From a virus: DNA of 64,000 bases. Location: IMG/VR virus record IMGVR_UViG_3300009703_002976, positions 1,903 to 65,902 of that record. One strand, given 5' to 3'. Position 1 is the stretch's first letter. Every line of letters begins with the position of its first letter. Position numbers and translations under genes: made by a program. Positions 38,984-48,619 of this stretch are shown here, piece by piece. Below the pieces are notes generated by a model. It saw only the letters and a list, made by a program, of their open reading frames with translations. It was not told where the DNA came from and did not search any database.

Positions 38984-40499
38984 AGATAATACTTTTTGTT
39001 TTTATCCTTTTTATGCCATGGTTTTTAAACTATGGAAAAAGAATAGTAATGAATTAAGAGCAGTTGCACCATGTTGTATGATGCATGACACTAAAGATAT
39101 AACAGGAATTAAAATAGATGTTTCATATACTGCTACAAATCCTGTGGTTATTACAAGTATAAATCATGAATTAATTGATGATGATAAAATAGAAATTTAT
39201 GAAGTAAATGGAGATGGAGTTGATGTGGGGCCATATACAGTAACAGTACTTTCTTCAGATACATTTTCTATTCCTGAAGATGCTACAAAGGGCAATGTTG
39301 GTAAATTGAATTATCATATGAGAGAACCGAATTCAATTTTAACTAGAAGAGATTTAAAAGGATTGTCTCCTCATGATATTTTTCATCATAAAAAATTTGA
39401 AGAATTAAGAAAAAACTTACTTAATAATGTGCGGGATTCTCGTTGTTCCACATGTTGGAATCAGGAAGATTTGGGAATAATGTCTCATAGAATGTATACA
39501 CGATGGCAATTTCCAGAAAAATTTAAAACAAGTTTAAAAGAAATAGACATATCAATATCTAATAAGTGTAATTTAGCATGTAGAATGTGTAATACAGGAT
39601 CTTCACATCAACTAAATGAAGATGTGAATAAATTAAGAAAAAATAATAAATTGCTTTTATTTGAAGAAGTTTCAGATAATGGTTTAGGATCACTTAATTT
39701 ACCATTGGATGTTAAAAATAATCATTTAATACAATGGATATATCACAATACTGATAAAATAAAAATTTTAAAAGCATCTGGAGGAGAGCCACTATATGAT
39801 AGAAATATATTAAATTTGTTAAGAAAATATGTGAAAGATGGTAATAGTAAATCAACAGAATTACAATTCCATACAAATGCAATGTTAATAACAGATAAAA
39901 TTATTAAACTCATGGACGAATTTAAATTACAAAGACATTCATTTAGTATAGATGGAGTTGATAAGACTTATAATTACATAAGACATAAAGCAAATTTTTC
40001 GATTTTAGAAAAAAATATTAAAAATTGGTTTAACAAATCTAATAACATTTATGCAGTAAATATTAATTTAGTATTGTCTGCGTTAAATATAGGTAATGTT
40101 GTTGAGTTTTTGGAATGGACAGCTTTGATGTTTCATGATAAGATTAGATGTAATGTTTTTATTTCTGAAGTGCGGCCTCATGGTAGAGGACTCGATATTG
40201 CAAATTTACCAATCTCTTATTTAGAAAAAATACGAAAAGATATTATAGAATATAGAGATGGTTTTGAAACATTTAGAACTAAAATATATAATTATATGCA
40301 TAAAGGAAATTTTTTCCATTATGAAATTGATAAATTATTATCGTTAATTGATCATGCAATAACAAATAATGTATGTGATATTTTTCGTTTATATACTGAA
40401 ATAACATTATTAGATGAAACAAGAAATCAAAGTTATAAAAATTTTTTAGATTCTTCTTTAGTTTCTATTTTAGAAAACTATGAATCGCAAGAAAAATAA
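38970..40499 (+). CDS. Radical SAM protein with N-terminal twitch domain interrupted by a ~75-aa beta-rich insertion
   Basis: FCFYPF...APCC[insert]...CSTC; CNLACRMC; SGGEP; SIDG. Confidence 0.9.
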   Translation: MIPSKDNTFCFYPFYAMVFKLWKKNSNELRAVAPCCMMHDTKDITGIKIDVSYTATNPVVITSINHELIDDDKIEIYEVNGDGVDVGPYTVTVLSSDTFSIPEDATKGNVGKLNYHMREPNSILTRRDLKGLSPHDIFHHKKFEELRKNLLNNVRDSRCSTCWNQEDLGIMSHRMYTRWQFPEKFKTSLKEIDISISNKCNLACRMCNTGSSHQLNEDVNKLRKNNKLLLFEEVSDNGLGSLNLPLDVKNNHLIQWIYHNTDKIKILKASGGEPLYDRNILNLLRKYVKDGNSKSTELQFHTNAMLITDKIIKLMDEFKLQRHSFSIDGVDKTYNYIRHKANFSILEKNIKNWFNKSNNIYAVNINLVLSALNIGNVVEFLEWTALMFHDKIRCNVFISEVRPHGRGLDIANLPISYLEKIRKDIIEYRDGFETFRTKIYNYMHKGNFFHYEIDKLLSLIDHAITNNVCDIFRLYTEITLLDETRNQSYKNFLDSSLVSILENYESQEK

Positions 40500-41259
40500 T
40501 CTTAGATTTGTATTTCCAGTAAATCAACCTGGACTTGGTGATAGATTTATCATGACTTCAAATATTCTTTATGCTAGAAAAGAAGTTGAGCATGAATGTT
40601 GTATTATTGATATTTTTCTTAAAAATATCAAGCCAAGTAAGAATTATGAGTTTGATCAAAAACAATATTTAAATCTTACAGATTTTTATGATATTATAGA
40701 TTTTTTTCATTTTAAAAGACCAGATAAAAGTGAACCATTAATAATTTCAAATATAATAGATGAAGAACCTCCTCCATTTCATGCCAGCACAGGTCACCGT
40801 AATATTGAGTATGAAATAACAAATAATGAATATAAGAGAAGCCACAATTTTCTTTATAATCGAGAACAATATTGGCCTATAAATTATGATAAAACTATAA
40901 AAAAAGATATTATAACATTTATGTTTTATGTAGATGATTCATTACCCGAACATAAATTTATTACAGTAGAGGAAGAAAAAGAATTTCAATTATTAAAAAC
41001 GAATTTATCATCATTTAATTTTCATCGTTTAGAAGATTTTAATTTTAAAAAAAATGTAGAATTATTATCTAGAAGTAAGTTATTAATATCATCAGAAGGA
41101 ATGTGGACACATCTTTCAAGAGCAATGGATATTGATACTATTACGATTTCAAGAGATTCTAAGTTTATTAAAGAATTTACTCGACAAGGTTATTTTTGTT
41201 CTGGAATTCAAGAATGTTTAAATGAATTAGAAAAAAGATGTCATGAATCACAGGTCTAG
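40480..41259 (+). CDS. GT-B (GT9-like) glycosyltransferase-like protein, tandem copy A
   Basis: PGLGDRFIM and SEGMWTHLSRAM resemble the GT9 GxGD and DSG..HLA.A motifs. Confidence 0.45.
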   Translation: MNRKKNNLRFVFPVNQPGLGDRFIMTSNILYARKEVEHECCIIDIFLKNIKPSKNYEFDQKQYLNLTDFYDIIDFFHFKRPDKSEPLIISNIIDEEPPPFHASTGHRNIEYEITNNEYKRSHNFLYNREQYWPINYDKTIKKDIITFMFYVDDSLPEHKFITVEEEKEFQLLKTNLSSFNFHRLEDFNFKKNVELLSRSKLLISSEGMWTHLSRAMDIDTITISRDSKFIKEFTRQGYFCSGIQECLNELEKRCHESQV

Positions 41260-42112
41260 TTATTGGGAAACAGGTTATTTTAAAAAAAAGAATCTTAGAT
41301 TTGTATTTCCAGTAAATCAACCTGGACTGGGTGATAGATTTATCATGGCCTCAAATATTCTTTTTACTATGAAAGAAGTTGAACACGAATCTTGTATTGT
41401 TGATATTTTTCTTAAAAACACAAAGACGGTGCATAAAAGCCAGTATTTAAATCTTATAGATTTTTATGATATTATAGATTTTTTTCATTTTAAAAGACCA
41501 GATGAAAGTGAATCATCAATAATTACAAATATAATAGATGAAGCTCCTCCTACATATAAAGAGATATTGGCTTCAAAACGAAAAAATATTACAGGTGATG
41601 TTGCTTGTCATGATTTTAATTCTAGATATAATGAATATGTTATAAGTAATTATTTTCTTTATAACGAAGCACGATATTGGCCTATAAATTATGATAAAAC
41701 TGCAAAAAAGCAACTTATAACATTTATGTTTTATGTAGATGATTCAGTACCCGAACATAAATTTATCACAACAGAGGAAGAAAAAGAATTTAATAAGGTA
41801 AAAGATTATTATGGACATTATTTTCATCGACATGAATATTATTTTGTTCGTTTAGAAGATTTTAATTATAAAAGAAATATAGAATTATTATCTAAAAGTT
41901 TGTTTTTAATAGCATCAGAAGGAATGTGGACCCATTTATCTAGAGCAATGAAAGTTAATACCATAGCATATTCTAGGGATATTACTTTTATTGAGGAATT
42001 TAATAAACAGGGACATTTTTGTTCTGGATTTTTTGAAAAATGTTTAATTGAATTAGAAAAAAAATGTATAGAATTAAAAAAGAAGAGCAACTTTATAAGT
42101 TTGAAGAGATAA
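41243..42112 (+). CDS. GT-B (GT9-like) glycosyltransferase-like protein, tandem copy B
   Basis: Same motifs; long near-identical DNA blocks with copy A. Confidence 0.45.
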   Translation: MNHRSSYWETGYFKKKNLRFVFPVNQPGLGDRFIMASNILFTMKEVEHESCIVDIFLKNTKTVHKSQYLNLIDFYDIIDFFHFKRPDESESSIITNIIDEAPPTYKEILASKRKNITGDVACHDFNSRYNEYVISNYFLYNEARYWPINYDKTAKKQLITFMFYVDDSVPEHKFITTEEEKEFNKVKDYYGHYFHRHEYYFVRLEDFNYKRNIELLSKSLFLIASEGMWTHLSRAMKVNTIAYSRDITFIEEFNKQGHFCSGFFEKCLIELEKKCIELKKKSNFISLKR

Positions 42113-43131
42113 AACATATACATTTTGAACCTACGCAAAGATGTCAGGCGGCGTGTCCTATGTGTGATAGAACTAATAATCCACATATAAAAAATGCTGA
42201 ACTTTCTATAGAACAATTTAAACAAATTGTAAATGCTAATTTAGCAAAACAATTAAATAGTTTTCTTATGTGTGGTAATCATGGAGATCCTATGATTGCA
42301 AAGGATACCCTTGAAATGTTTGACTGGTTACGCTATAATAATAATGAACTATATCTTCATATGACTACAAATGCTGGAGGACGATCTGATGATTGGTGGA
42401 AAAGACTTGCGGAAATTTTTGGTGATTATGGAAAAGTATCTTTTTCAGTAGATGGTTTAGAAGACACAAATCATTTATATCGAGTAAATGTAGATTGGAA
42501 TCGTGTTGAAAATTCAATGGATGTTTTTACTCAAGCAGGAGGAAAAGGTTATTGGGTATTTTTAATATTTGAACATAATGAACATCAAGTAGAAGAAGCA
42601 GAACGAATGGCTAAATTATTTGGACTTGAATTTGTGAGAAAAAAGTCTGGAAGATGGGTGCAAAGTTATAAAAATAAGAAAATTGACAAAAAGATAACCA
42701 CTAAGGGGAATGAGATTAAGCCACCAGCTAATCCAGAGAATCAGAATAAGAGTGTTAACAGTTATGATAAATTGATTAAAAGTCATGGTTCCTTTCAAGA
42801 GTATTTAGATAAAACAAAAATAAAATGTAAGTCAATAGATACTAAAGAAATTTTTATTTCAGCAGAAGGTCTTGTGACTCCTTGTTGTTGGACTGCTGGA
42901 AAATTATATAAAGTATATGAAAAAATAGGACAAAATCAAATATGGTCTTATATAGATGATATTAAAAATATTAATGCTTTATATAAACCTTTAAATGAAA
43001 TTATTGAAGGAGATTTTTTTAAAAAGATTAAACAATCTTGGAATTTGCCTTCTTGTTCACAAGGAAAATCAAAAGTTTGTGCAGAGAAGTGTGGTACTGA
43101 TTTTAACGCATTTGCAGATCAATGGAAATAA
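42064..43131 (+). CDS. Radical SAM/SPASM protein
   Basis: CQAACPMC, CGNHGDP, TNAG, FLIFEHNEHQ; C-terminal C...TPCC...CAEKC. Confidence 0.92.
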   Translation: MYRIKKEEQLYKFEEIKHIHFEPTQRCQAACPMCDRTNNPHIKNAELSIEQFKQIVNANLAKQLNSFLMCGNHGDPMIAKDTLEMFDWLRYNNNELYLHMTTNAGGRSDDWWKRLAEIFGDYGKVSFSVDGLEDTNHLYRVNVDWNRVENSMDVFTQAGGKGYWVFLIFEHNEHQVEEAERMAKLFGLEFVRKKSGRWVQSYKNKKIDKKITTKGNEIKPPANPENQNKSVNSYDKLIKSHGSFQEYLDKTKIKCKSIDTKEIFISAEGLVTPCCWTAGKLYKVYEKIGQNQIWSYIDDIKNINALYKPLNEIIEGDFFKKIKQSWNLPSCSQGKSKVCAEKCGTDFNAFADQWK

Positions 43132-43844
43132 AAATTAATTGTCTTAAATGGGGAACAAAATATGATTCTTCATATGTTAATAGAACATATGGTGGGTTAT
43201 TAAAACATTGTAATGAATCATTTCATTTCGTTTGTTATACTGATAATCCTAAGGGAATATCTTCTAAAATTGAAACAAAAGATATTGAAGAACTTAGACC
43301 ATATAATACAAATATGATGTTTACATATGAAAAATTAATGCTGATAGACAAAGACGAATATGATAAGAATCTCTGGATAGATTTAGATGTATTAGTACAT
43401 GAAAATGTAACTGAATTAATAACAAGAAAGCATAATAATATTACATTTATATGGAATTATTGGAATGATTATGAAAAAATAAGTTTATTTAATTTTGGTA
43501 GGGGAGTTTCTTGTCATGTAAATTCTTCATTTGTTGCATGGGATAAGGGAACAGCTTCTTGGCTTTTAAAATATACTAAAGAAAATTGGAAAAAAATAGA
43601 ATGGACATATAAAAGTCTTGATAAGTATTTGTTTTATCAACATTACAGAAATAATAAAATTAATTTATGGGAAGATGGATTTTTTTCAAATTATAATAAA
43701 GAAAATTATAAATTAAAAAATAAAGTAACATTATTTAATACATCACATCTTTATAACAATAAAAATATGAAAGAAATTAAACATTACGAATTAGATGAAT
43801 CACCAGTACAGGAATTATGGAAAAGTTATTCTCTTGGGTTGTAA
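43122..43844 (+). CDS. GT-A nucleotide-diphospho-sugar transferase-like protein
   Basis: CLKWGTKY, CYTD, WIDLD (DxD), NSS. Confidence 0.65.
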   Translation: MEIKINCLKWGTKYDSSYVNRTYGGLLKHCNESFHFVCYTDNPKGISSKIETKDIEELRPYNTNMMFTYEKLMLIDKDEYDKNLWIDLDVLVHENVTELITRKHNNITFIWNYWNDYEKISLFNFGRGVSCHVNSSFVAWDKGTASWLLKYTKENWKKIEWTYKSLDKYLFYQHYRNNKINLWEDGFFSNYNKENYKLKNKVTLFNTSHLYNNKNMKEIKHYELDESPVQELWKSYSLGL

Positions 43845-44236
43845 ATCATGAAAAAATTTCTGTATTATGTTGTCCAAGTTTTAAATTTATTAAAACATTA
43901 AAAGGACTGGATATGGAGATTGATAATATAAATTATGATATTAATTTTAGAGATATGCCAAATGTGATTTGTAAAGATTTTGTATTTGATAATGTTAAAT
44001 TATATAATTGTGTATTGCATTATAATTGTGAGAAAACATATCCTGTGGGACGAATGCATGAAGGAATTTTTATATTAAGGGGTGATGATAAAGAACATAA
44101 TGGTGATTGTAATCCTATTCATTCGATTGATAAATTAATAGATGATAATGAATTGACAGAAGTTTTTGATTCATTTGAAATACAAAGTAAAAATAAAAAA
44201 TACAAACATTATTGTGTATATGGAACAAATCTATAA
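43817..44236 (+). CDS. Hypothetical protein
   Basis: In-array ORF, 139 aa; NCEK weakly parallels the NTSSEH of the next gene. Confidence 0.45.
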   Translation: MEKLFSWVVNHEKISVLCCPSFKFIKTLKGLDMEIDNINYDINFRDMPNVICKDFVFDNVKLYNCVLHYNCEKTYPVGRMHEGIFILRGDDKEHNGDCNPIHSIDKLIDDNELTEVFDSFEIQSKNKKYKHYCVYGTNL

Positions 44237-44990
44237 TTGGAGAAAAAATAAAAACGATATAAGTTTGCACAATATTGAAATAGGTTCTTATAATGAAAAG
44301 ATTGGAGAACTTAAAGAAGAAATAGGTTCTATTAGAGAGACTATTGGAGAACATAGAGAACAAATTTCTATATGTGAAAATGATAATAGAGAAACACCAT
44401 ATTATTGGGTCAATCAATGGGTTAATAATAATTTGCCTTCATATTCTAATAGTTTTGAAGACTCTGTATCTCAAGGACAATATGAATCTAAATTATGGTT
44501 AAATGAAAAATTAGAAAAATTTATTTCTATGCCAGAACTTCATATTGATATTATCGGTTCTTGGTTTGGATTTCCTTTAATAGAAATGTTAGCAAATGCG
44601 TTTGATATAAAACAAATAGATTTATATGATATTGATGAGGATTGTCATAAAGTAACTGCTCAATATATAAATCATTTTGATTGTGATTTTAAAATAGTGC
44701 AATTTAAAGATTTTTTTGAACGTAAAGAAATGAGAAGAAGACATTTAATTATTAATACATCATCTGAACATATGTCTGATATAGTTCTTATGAAAGAATA
44801 TTATAAAGATTATCCAGTAAAACCTATTTTAGCAATACAATCAAATAATTATTTTGATGTTGAAGATCATATAAATTGTGTAAAAGAGGTTGATGAATTA
44901 ATAGAAAAAAATCAAATTAAAAATGTTTTGTATAAAGGAAAACGTTCTTTGCCATTATATGATAGATTTATGGTGATAGGTAAATGGTAG
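44220..44990 (+). CDS. Class I SAM-dependent methyltransferase-like protein
   Basis: SKLWL, DIIGSWFG (motif I-like), DLYDID, INTSSEHM, QSNNY. Track start 44166. Confidence 0.55.
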   Translation: MEQIYNWRKNKNDISLHNIEIGSYNEKIGELKEEIGSIRETIGEHREQISICENDNRETPYYWVNQWVNNNLPSYSNSFEDSVSQGQYESKLWLNEKLEKFISMPELHIDIIGSWFGFPLIEMLANAFDIKQIDLYDIDEDCHKVTAQYINHFDCDFKIVQFKDFFERKEMRRRHLIINTSSEHMSDIVLMKEYYKDYPVKPILAIQSNNYFDVEDHINCVKEVDELIEKNQIKNVLYKGKRSLPLYDRFMVIGKW

Positions 44991-45553
44991 TTATTGTTCT
45001 TGTACGCACAGGAAGTAAATATGATGAATGGTATGAAAATAATATCATTTATATGATACGTAAATTTGGAGAAATGAAAAGATGTGAATATTATATTATA
45101 AGAGAGGGAGAAGGTAGTGTATATGATAAACTTAAAATGTTTAAGGAATGTACTGATGATGTAAATTATTTATATTTTGACTTAGATATTATTATTAAGA
45201 AGCCCATAGACTATTTAATTAAAGATGATTTTACACTTGTTAATGCTTGGTGGAGGGCGCCATTTCATACTCCTTTGAATTCTTCAATAATGTCATGGAA
45301 AGGAAATTATTCTCATATTTATGACAAATTTTATGAAGATGAAGATTATAGCAGAGTAAAATATTGGAAAGGTATTGATGAATATATTTACAAAGAAATG
45401 GAGTATAATACTTATGATGATAAAGTATGTTGGTCTTATCCCTGGAATAGACAAGAATTAGATTATTCTATTTGTTTGTTCAATCATGAATTTGCTCCTG
45501 CAATGAGAATAAAAGGATGGATGGAAAAATATGTGTTATTAGAAACTTCTTAA
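44984..45553 (+). CDS. GT-A transferase-like protein (paralog of 43122)
   Basis: RTGSKY, LYFDLD, NSSIMSW. Confidence 0.6.
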   Translation: MVVIVLVRTGSKYDEWYENNIIYMIRKFGEMKRCEYYIIREGEGSVYDKLKMFKECTDDVNYLYFDLDIIIKKPIDYLIKDDFTLVNAWWRAPFHTPLNSSIMSWKGNYSHIYDKFYEDEDYSRVKYWKGIDEYIYKEMEYNTYDDKVCWSYPWNRQELDYSICLFNHEFAPAMRIKGWMEKYVLLETS

Positions 45554-46050
45554 CAGAAGAAGAATGTTTTAATTTTATTATAACTTATAGAAAAAAAGTT
45601 CGGCGAGCCGGAGTTATAAATGAAGAATTTTCTGATTATCGAAGATCAAAAGTTTTTATTTGGCATAAAGATTCTTTTTTAGAAAACAAATTTAATTGTT
45701 CTAATATGATATTTCAATTTTCAGAATATTCTAAATTAAATTATTATCATTGGCATAATGATTTTAATACTACTCAATCGGAGCGTAAAAGAATAGAAAC
45801 ATGTGTGGTGCCTTTAAATGAGGAATATCAAGGAGGTCTTTTTGAAATTAAAGATCAAGATCCAATTGAATTAAATGTAGGAGATTGTCTTAGATTTGAT
45901 TCAAAATTAGAACATAGAGTTAATCCTGTATTAAAAGGAAAAAGATATTCTTTAACTGCTTGGGTTATTGAACAAAAGTCAATAAAACATTATTTTGAAG
46001 ATGAAATTTATAAACATCTTGTAATTGCAAACGATTTGGAATTAATATGA
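45517..46050 (+). CDS. 2OG-Fe(II) oxygenase (prolyl 4-hydroxylase-like)
   Basis: YYHWHND, YQGG, HRVNPV.KG.RYSL.AW. Confidence 0.88.
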   Translation: MDGKICVIRNFLTEEECFNFIITYRKKVRRAGVINEEFSDYRRSKVFIWHKDSFLENKFNCSNMIFQFSEYSKLNYYHWHNDFNTTQSERKRIETCVVPLNEEYQGGLFEIKDQDPIELNVGDCLRFDSKLEHRVNPVLKGKRYSLTAWVIEQKSIKHYFEDEIYKHLVIANDLELI

Positions 46051-47126
46051 CAGATAAAACATCCGATATAGTTTTGATACATGCTTATTTGTCTGATGAA
46101 GAAAGAAAATCAGTTTGTCATAAATTTATAAAACAATTTAAATCTTTTGGGTATGATGTTATAATCACAAGTCATTTGCCCCTTGATAAAGATACACAAG
46201 AATTGGTTGATTATGCAATTTATGATAAAGATAATATTTTGTTAAATGATCCTACACTTAAAGGATATTTGGTAAATTATGCTTATGCTCCTGATGATGA
46301 AGGAAATCCTATACCCCTTTTTAATATTGCAAGTAGAGAATTTTTTAAAAATAATACAATACTTGCAGTTTTACGTTTATTGCTTGCTGGTGTTACGTAT
46401 GCAAAACTTCTTAATAAAAAAATAATACATTTATTTGATTATGATGGATTTTTGCCTACTGATGAAGAGTTAATAAAAAATAGCGATATTATATTGAATC
46501 AAGGAAAACAAGCAGTATTTTATGAACGTGAGACAGAAAATTTAGATGCCGAACATTGGGGCGAAAGAAGAATTAGACATTGGCAAATTATGACATTAAT
46601 TATGTCTTGTAATGTAGATTTTTTATATCGAAGATTGAATATGTATTCTGATGATCATCTTAAAAAAATGATTACTTATAAAGGTATGCAAATGGGAGAA
46701 GAGTTATTAGGATATGTTCTTGGGGTGTCTTATTTAAATAAAGAAAAAGATACTTTTGAAGAAAACATTGAAATAAAAAATCTTGAAGAAAGTTCTCAAA
46801 GAATAGGTTTTGAAAAACAAAAAGTTTATACTGATGCTGAATTTCCTTGGATATGTCTTGCAAAAGATCCGGCACAAGATGGATATAGATTTTTTGCTAT
46901 GCCACCGAAAGGAACAATTCATGTGAAAGTTTTTTATAATCATAATTTATATTCTGCATTTACTTGTTCTGATTGGGGATATAGAACAGATTATTTTGCT
47001 TCAGAAGGACTTGAAAATATAACAATTCATGTGAATGATGAATTTTTTAGAGAATATGATTTTACTGATCCAAAAACAGAAGCACTTATTTTAATGAATA
47101 GTATTTGGACTGATGCACCAAAATAA
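46047..47126 (+). CDS. Hypothetical protein (possible GT-A-like N-terminus)
   Basis: IHAYL...VIITSH...YDKDN...FDYD; function uncertain. Confidence 0.45.
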   Translation: MTDKTSDIVLIHAYLSDEERKSVCHKFIKQFKSFGYDVIITSHLPLDKDTQELVDYAIYDKDNILLNDPTLKGYLVNYAYAPDDEGNPIPLFNIASREFFKNNTILAVLRLLLAGVTYAKLLNKKIIHLFDYDGFLPTDEELIKNSDIILNQGKQAVFYERETENLDAEHWGERRIRHWQIMTLIMSCNVDFLYRRLNMYSDDHLKKMITYKGMQMGEELLGYVLGVSYLNKEKDTFEENIEIKNLEESSQRIGFEKQKVYTDAEFPWICLAKDPAQDGYRFFAMPPKGTIHVKVFYNHNLYSAFTCSDWGYRTDYFASEGLENITIHVNDEFFREYDFTDPKTEALILMNSIWTDAPK

Positions 47127-47901
47127 AATAACTATTATAATTCATACATGTGATGAATACAGTCATTTTTGGGATGGTTGGTATACCATGTTCGATCATT
47201 TTGGATTTTTAGATTTAGGATGGCCCATACATTTTTGCAATGAAGAAGTAGATTTGCCTTTTAATGATCAGAGAATAACTCAGATTAAAACAGGTAAAAG
47301 TAAAAAGTATATGGGAGTTGAATGGAGAGAATGGTTACCTACTTTTGGGGGACCTAAACAAGTTGATGAAGGATGGAGTGATAGACTTATAGCATCTTTA
47401 AATTCAACTCAAACAAAGTATGTTTTATACATGCAAGAAGATCAATGGCCTTTTAAACAGATTAATGTAAATTTATTTAATAAATTATTAAATTTCGTAT
47501 CTATTCATGATATAAATGGATTAAGATTACATCGACTTATATCTTCTTATGATCTAAATGAATTTGAAGAAACAGACTATTATATAGACAATAAAAAAGT
47601 TTTAAGAGTCAAAAGGGATGCCGGTTTTTTATTATGTCATCAACCTACTATTTGGAATAAAGACTTTTTATTAGATGTGAGTATTCATGGAGAAGGGTTT
47701 AGAGATAATGAATATGCTGGAAGTGAAAGAGTTAGAGAAAAATATAAAGATCCAAAAATTTTTGTATATAATCATCATTGGTTTTTAGAAAAATCTGCTT
47801 CTTCTGCTGGTTTATGGATACCAGAAATTGAATGGGAATATAGAGAAGTTGCAAGAGAACGTGATGTTTATAAACATTTTAATATGATTAAAAATGAATA
47901 A
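47113..47901 (+). CDS. GT2-like glycosyltransferase-like protein
   Basis: IIHTCDEY, WSDRL, YVLYMQED, HQPTIW. Confidence 0.55.
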   Translation: MHQNKITIIIHTCDEYSHFWDGWYTMFDHFGFLDLGWPIHFCNEEVDLPFNDQRITQIKTGKSKKYMGVEWREWLPTFGGPKQVDEGWSDRLIASLNSTQTKYVLYMQEDQWPFKQINVNLFNKLLNFVSIHDINGLRLHRLISSYDLNEFEETDYYIDNKKVLRVKRDAGFLLCHQPTIWNKDFLLDVSIHGEGFRDNEYAGSERVREKYKDPKIFVYNHHWFLEKSASSAGLWIPEIEWEYREVARERDVYKHFNMIKNE

Positions 47902-48619
47902 AACAAAAGTTTTTGCAGTTAGAATAGGCGACAAGTATGGACAAGATGTAGAAAATTACATTGAATCCAAAATTTCAAATGTAACTTGGATTCGTGATGA
48001 ATTACCAGATGTAAAATTACAATGGAATAAGTTACGAGTTATGAATATGGACATAGATGAACCTGTTCTTGTGATTGATATAGATATGCTTTTTATGAAT
48101 GATTATGTTAAAGCAATAGATTATCCAATTAAAAAAGGTGAATTTTTAACTGCAAAGTCTTGGTGGAAAGATACTTGGAATGAAAATTATTCTTTATGTG
48201 GGGGATTTCAAAAATATTATCCAAAAGATTGTAAATACATTTATGATGAATTTATGAGTGATATTGATTATTGGTCACAATATTATATTACACGTAAAAT
48301 AACAATTGGACCAGTTAATGGAGAGCAATATTTTGTAGAAGATCAAGTAAAGAATCGACTAAAATTAAAATATCTTCCAGAAACATGGATGTCTAGGATG
48401 TGTAATAAAAATGATTTAGAAGAACTTGCTTTAATAAATTCTCAATATCCAGGAGAATATGTTTATTTAGATGGGTTTCATAATGATATCAAAATAATAC
48501 ATTTTAAAGATTATGAAATAGATTATTCTTTTTCTTCTGGATATAGTTCCGCATCTCTTTCTGCTTCAACATCAGGTGTTTCTTCTTCACCTTCACCCTC
48601 ATTAAGAATTTCAGAATAA
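47894..48619 (+). CDS. GT-A transferase-like protein (paralog of 43122/44984)
   Basis: RIGDKYG, WNKL, VIDIDM (DxD), GEQ, IIHF. Confidence 0.6.
   Translation: MNKTKVFAVRIGDKYGQDVENYIESKISNVTWIRDELPDVKLQWNKLRVMNMDIDEPVLVIDIDMLFMNDYVKAIDYPIKKGEFLTAKSWWKDTWNENYSLCGGFQKYYPKDCKYIYDEFMSDIDYWSQYYITRKITIGPVNGEQYFVEDQVKNRLKLKYLPETWMSRMCNKNDLEELALINSQYPGEYVYLDGFHNDIKIIHFKDYEIDYSFSSGYSSASLSASTSGVSSSPSPSLRISE

Noticed and set aside
39093-39314. Insertion in rSAM 38970 as an intein or homing element
   Set aside because: No Cys/Ser start with His-Asn end, no LAGLIDADG or HNH motif; too short.
156-48619. Stop-codon reassignment or selenocysteine readthrough explaining the short enzymes
   Set aside because: Genes end in TAA, TGA and TAG alike, with tight start/stop overlaps, and core genes are full length under the standard code.
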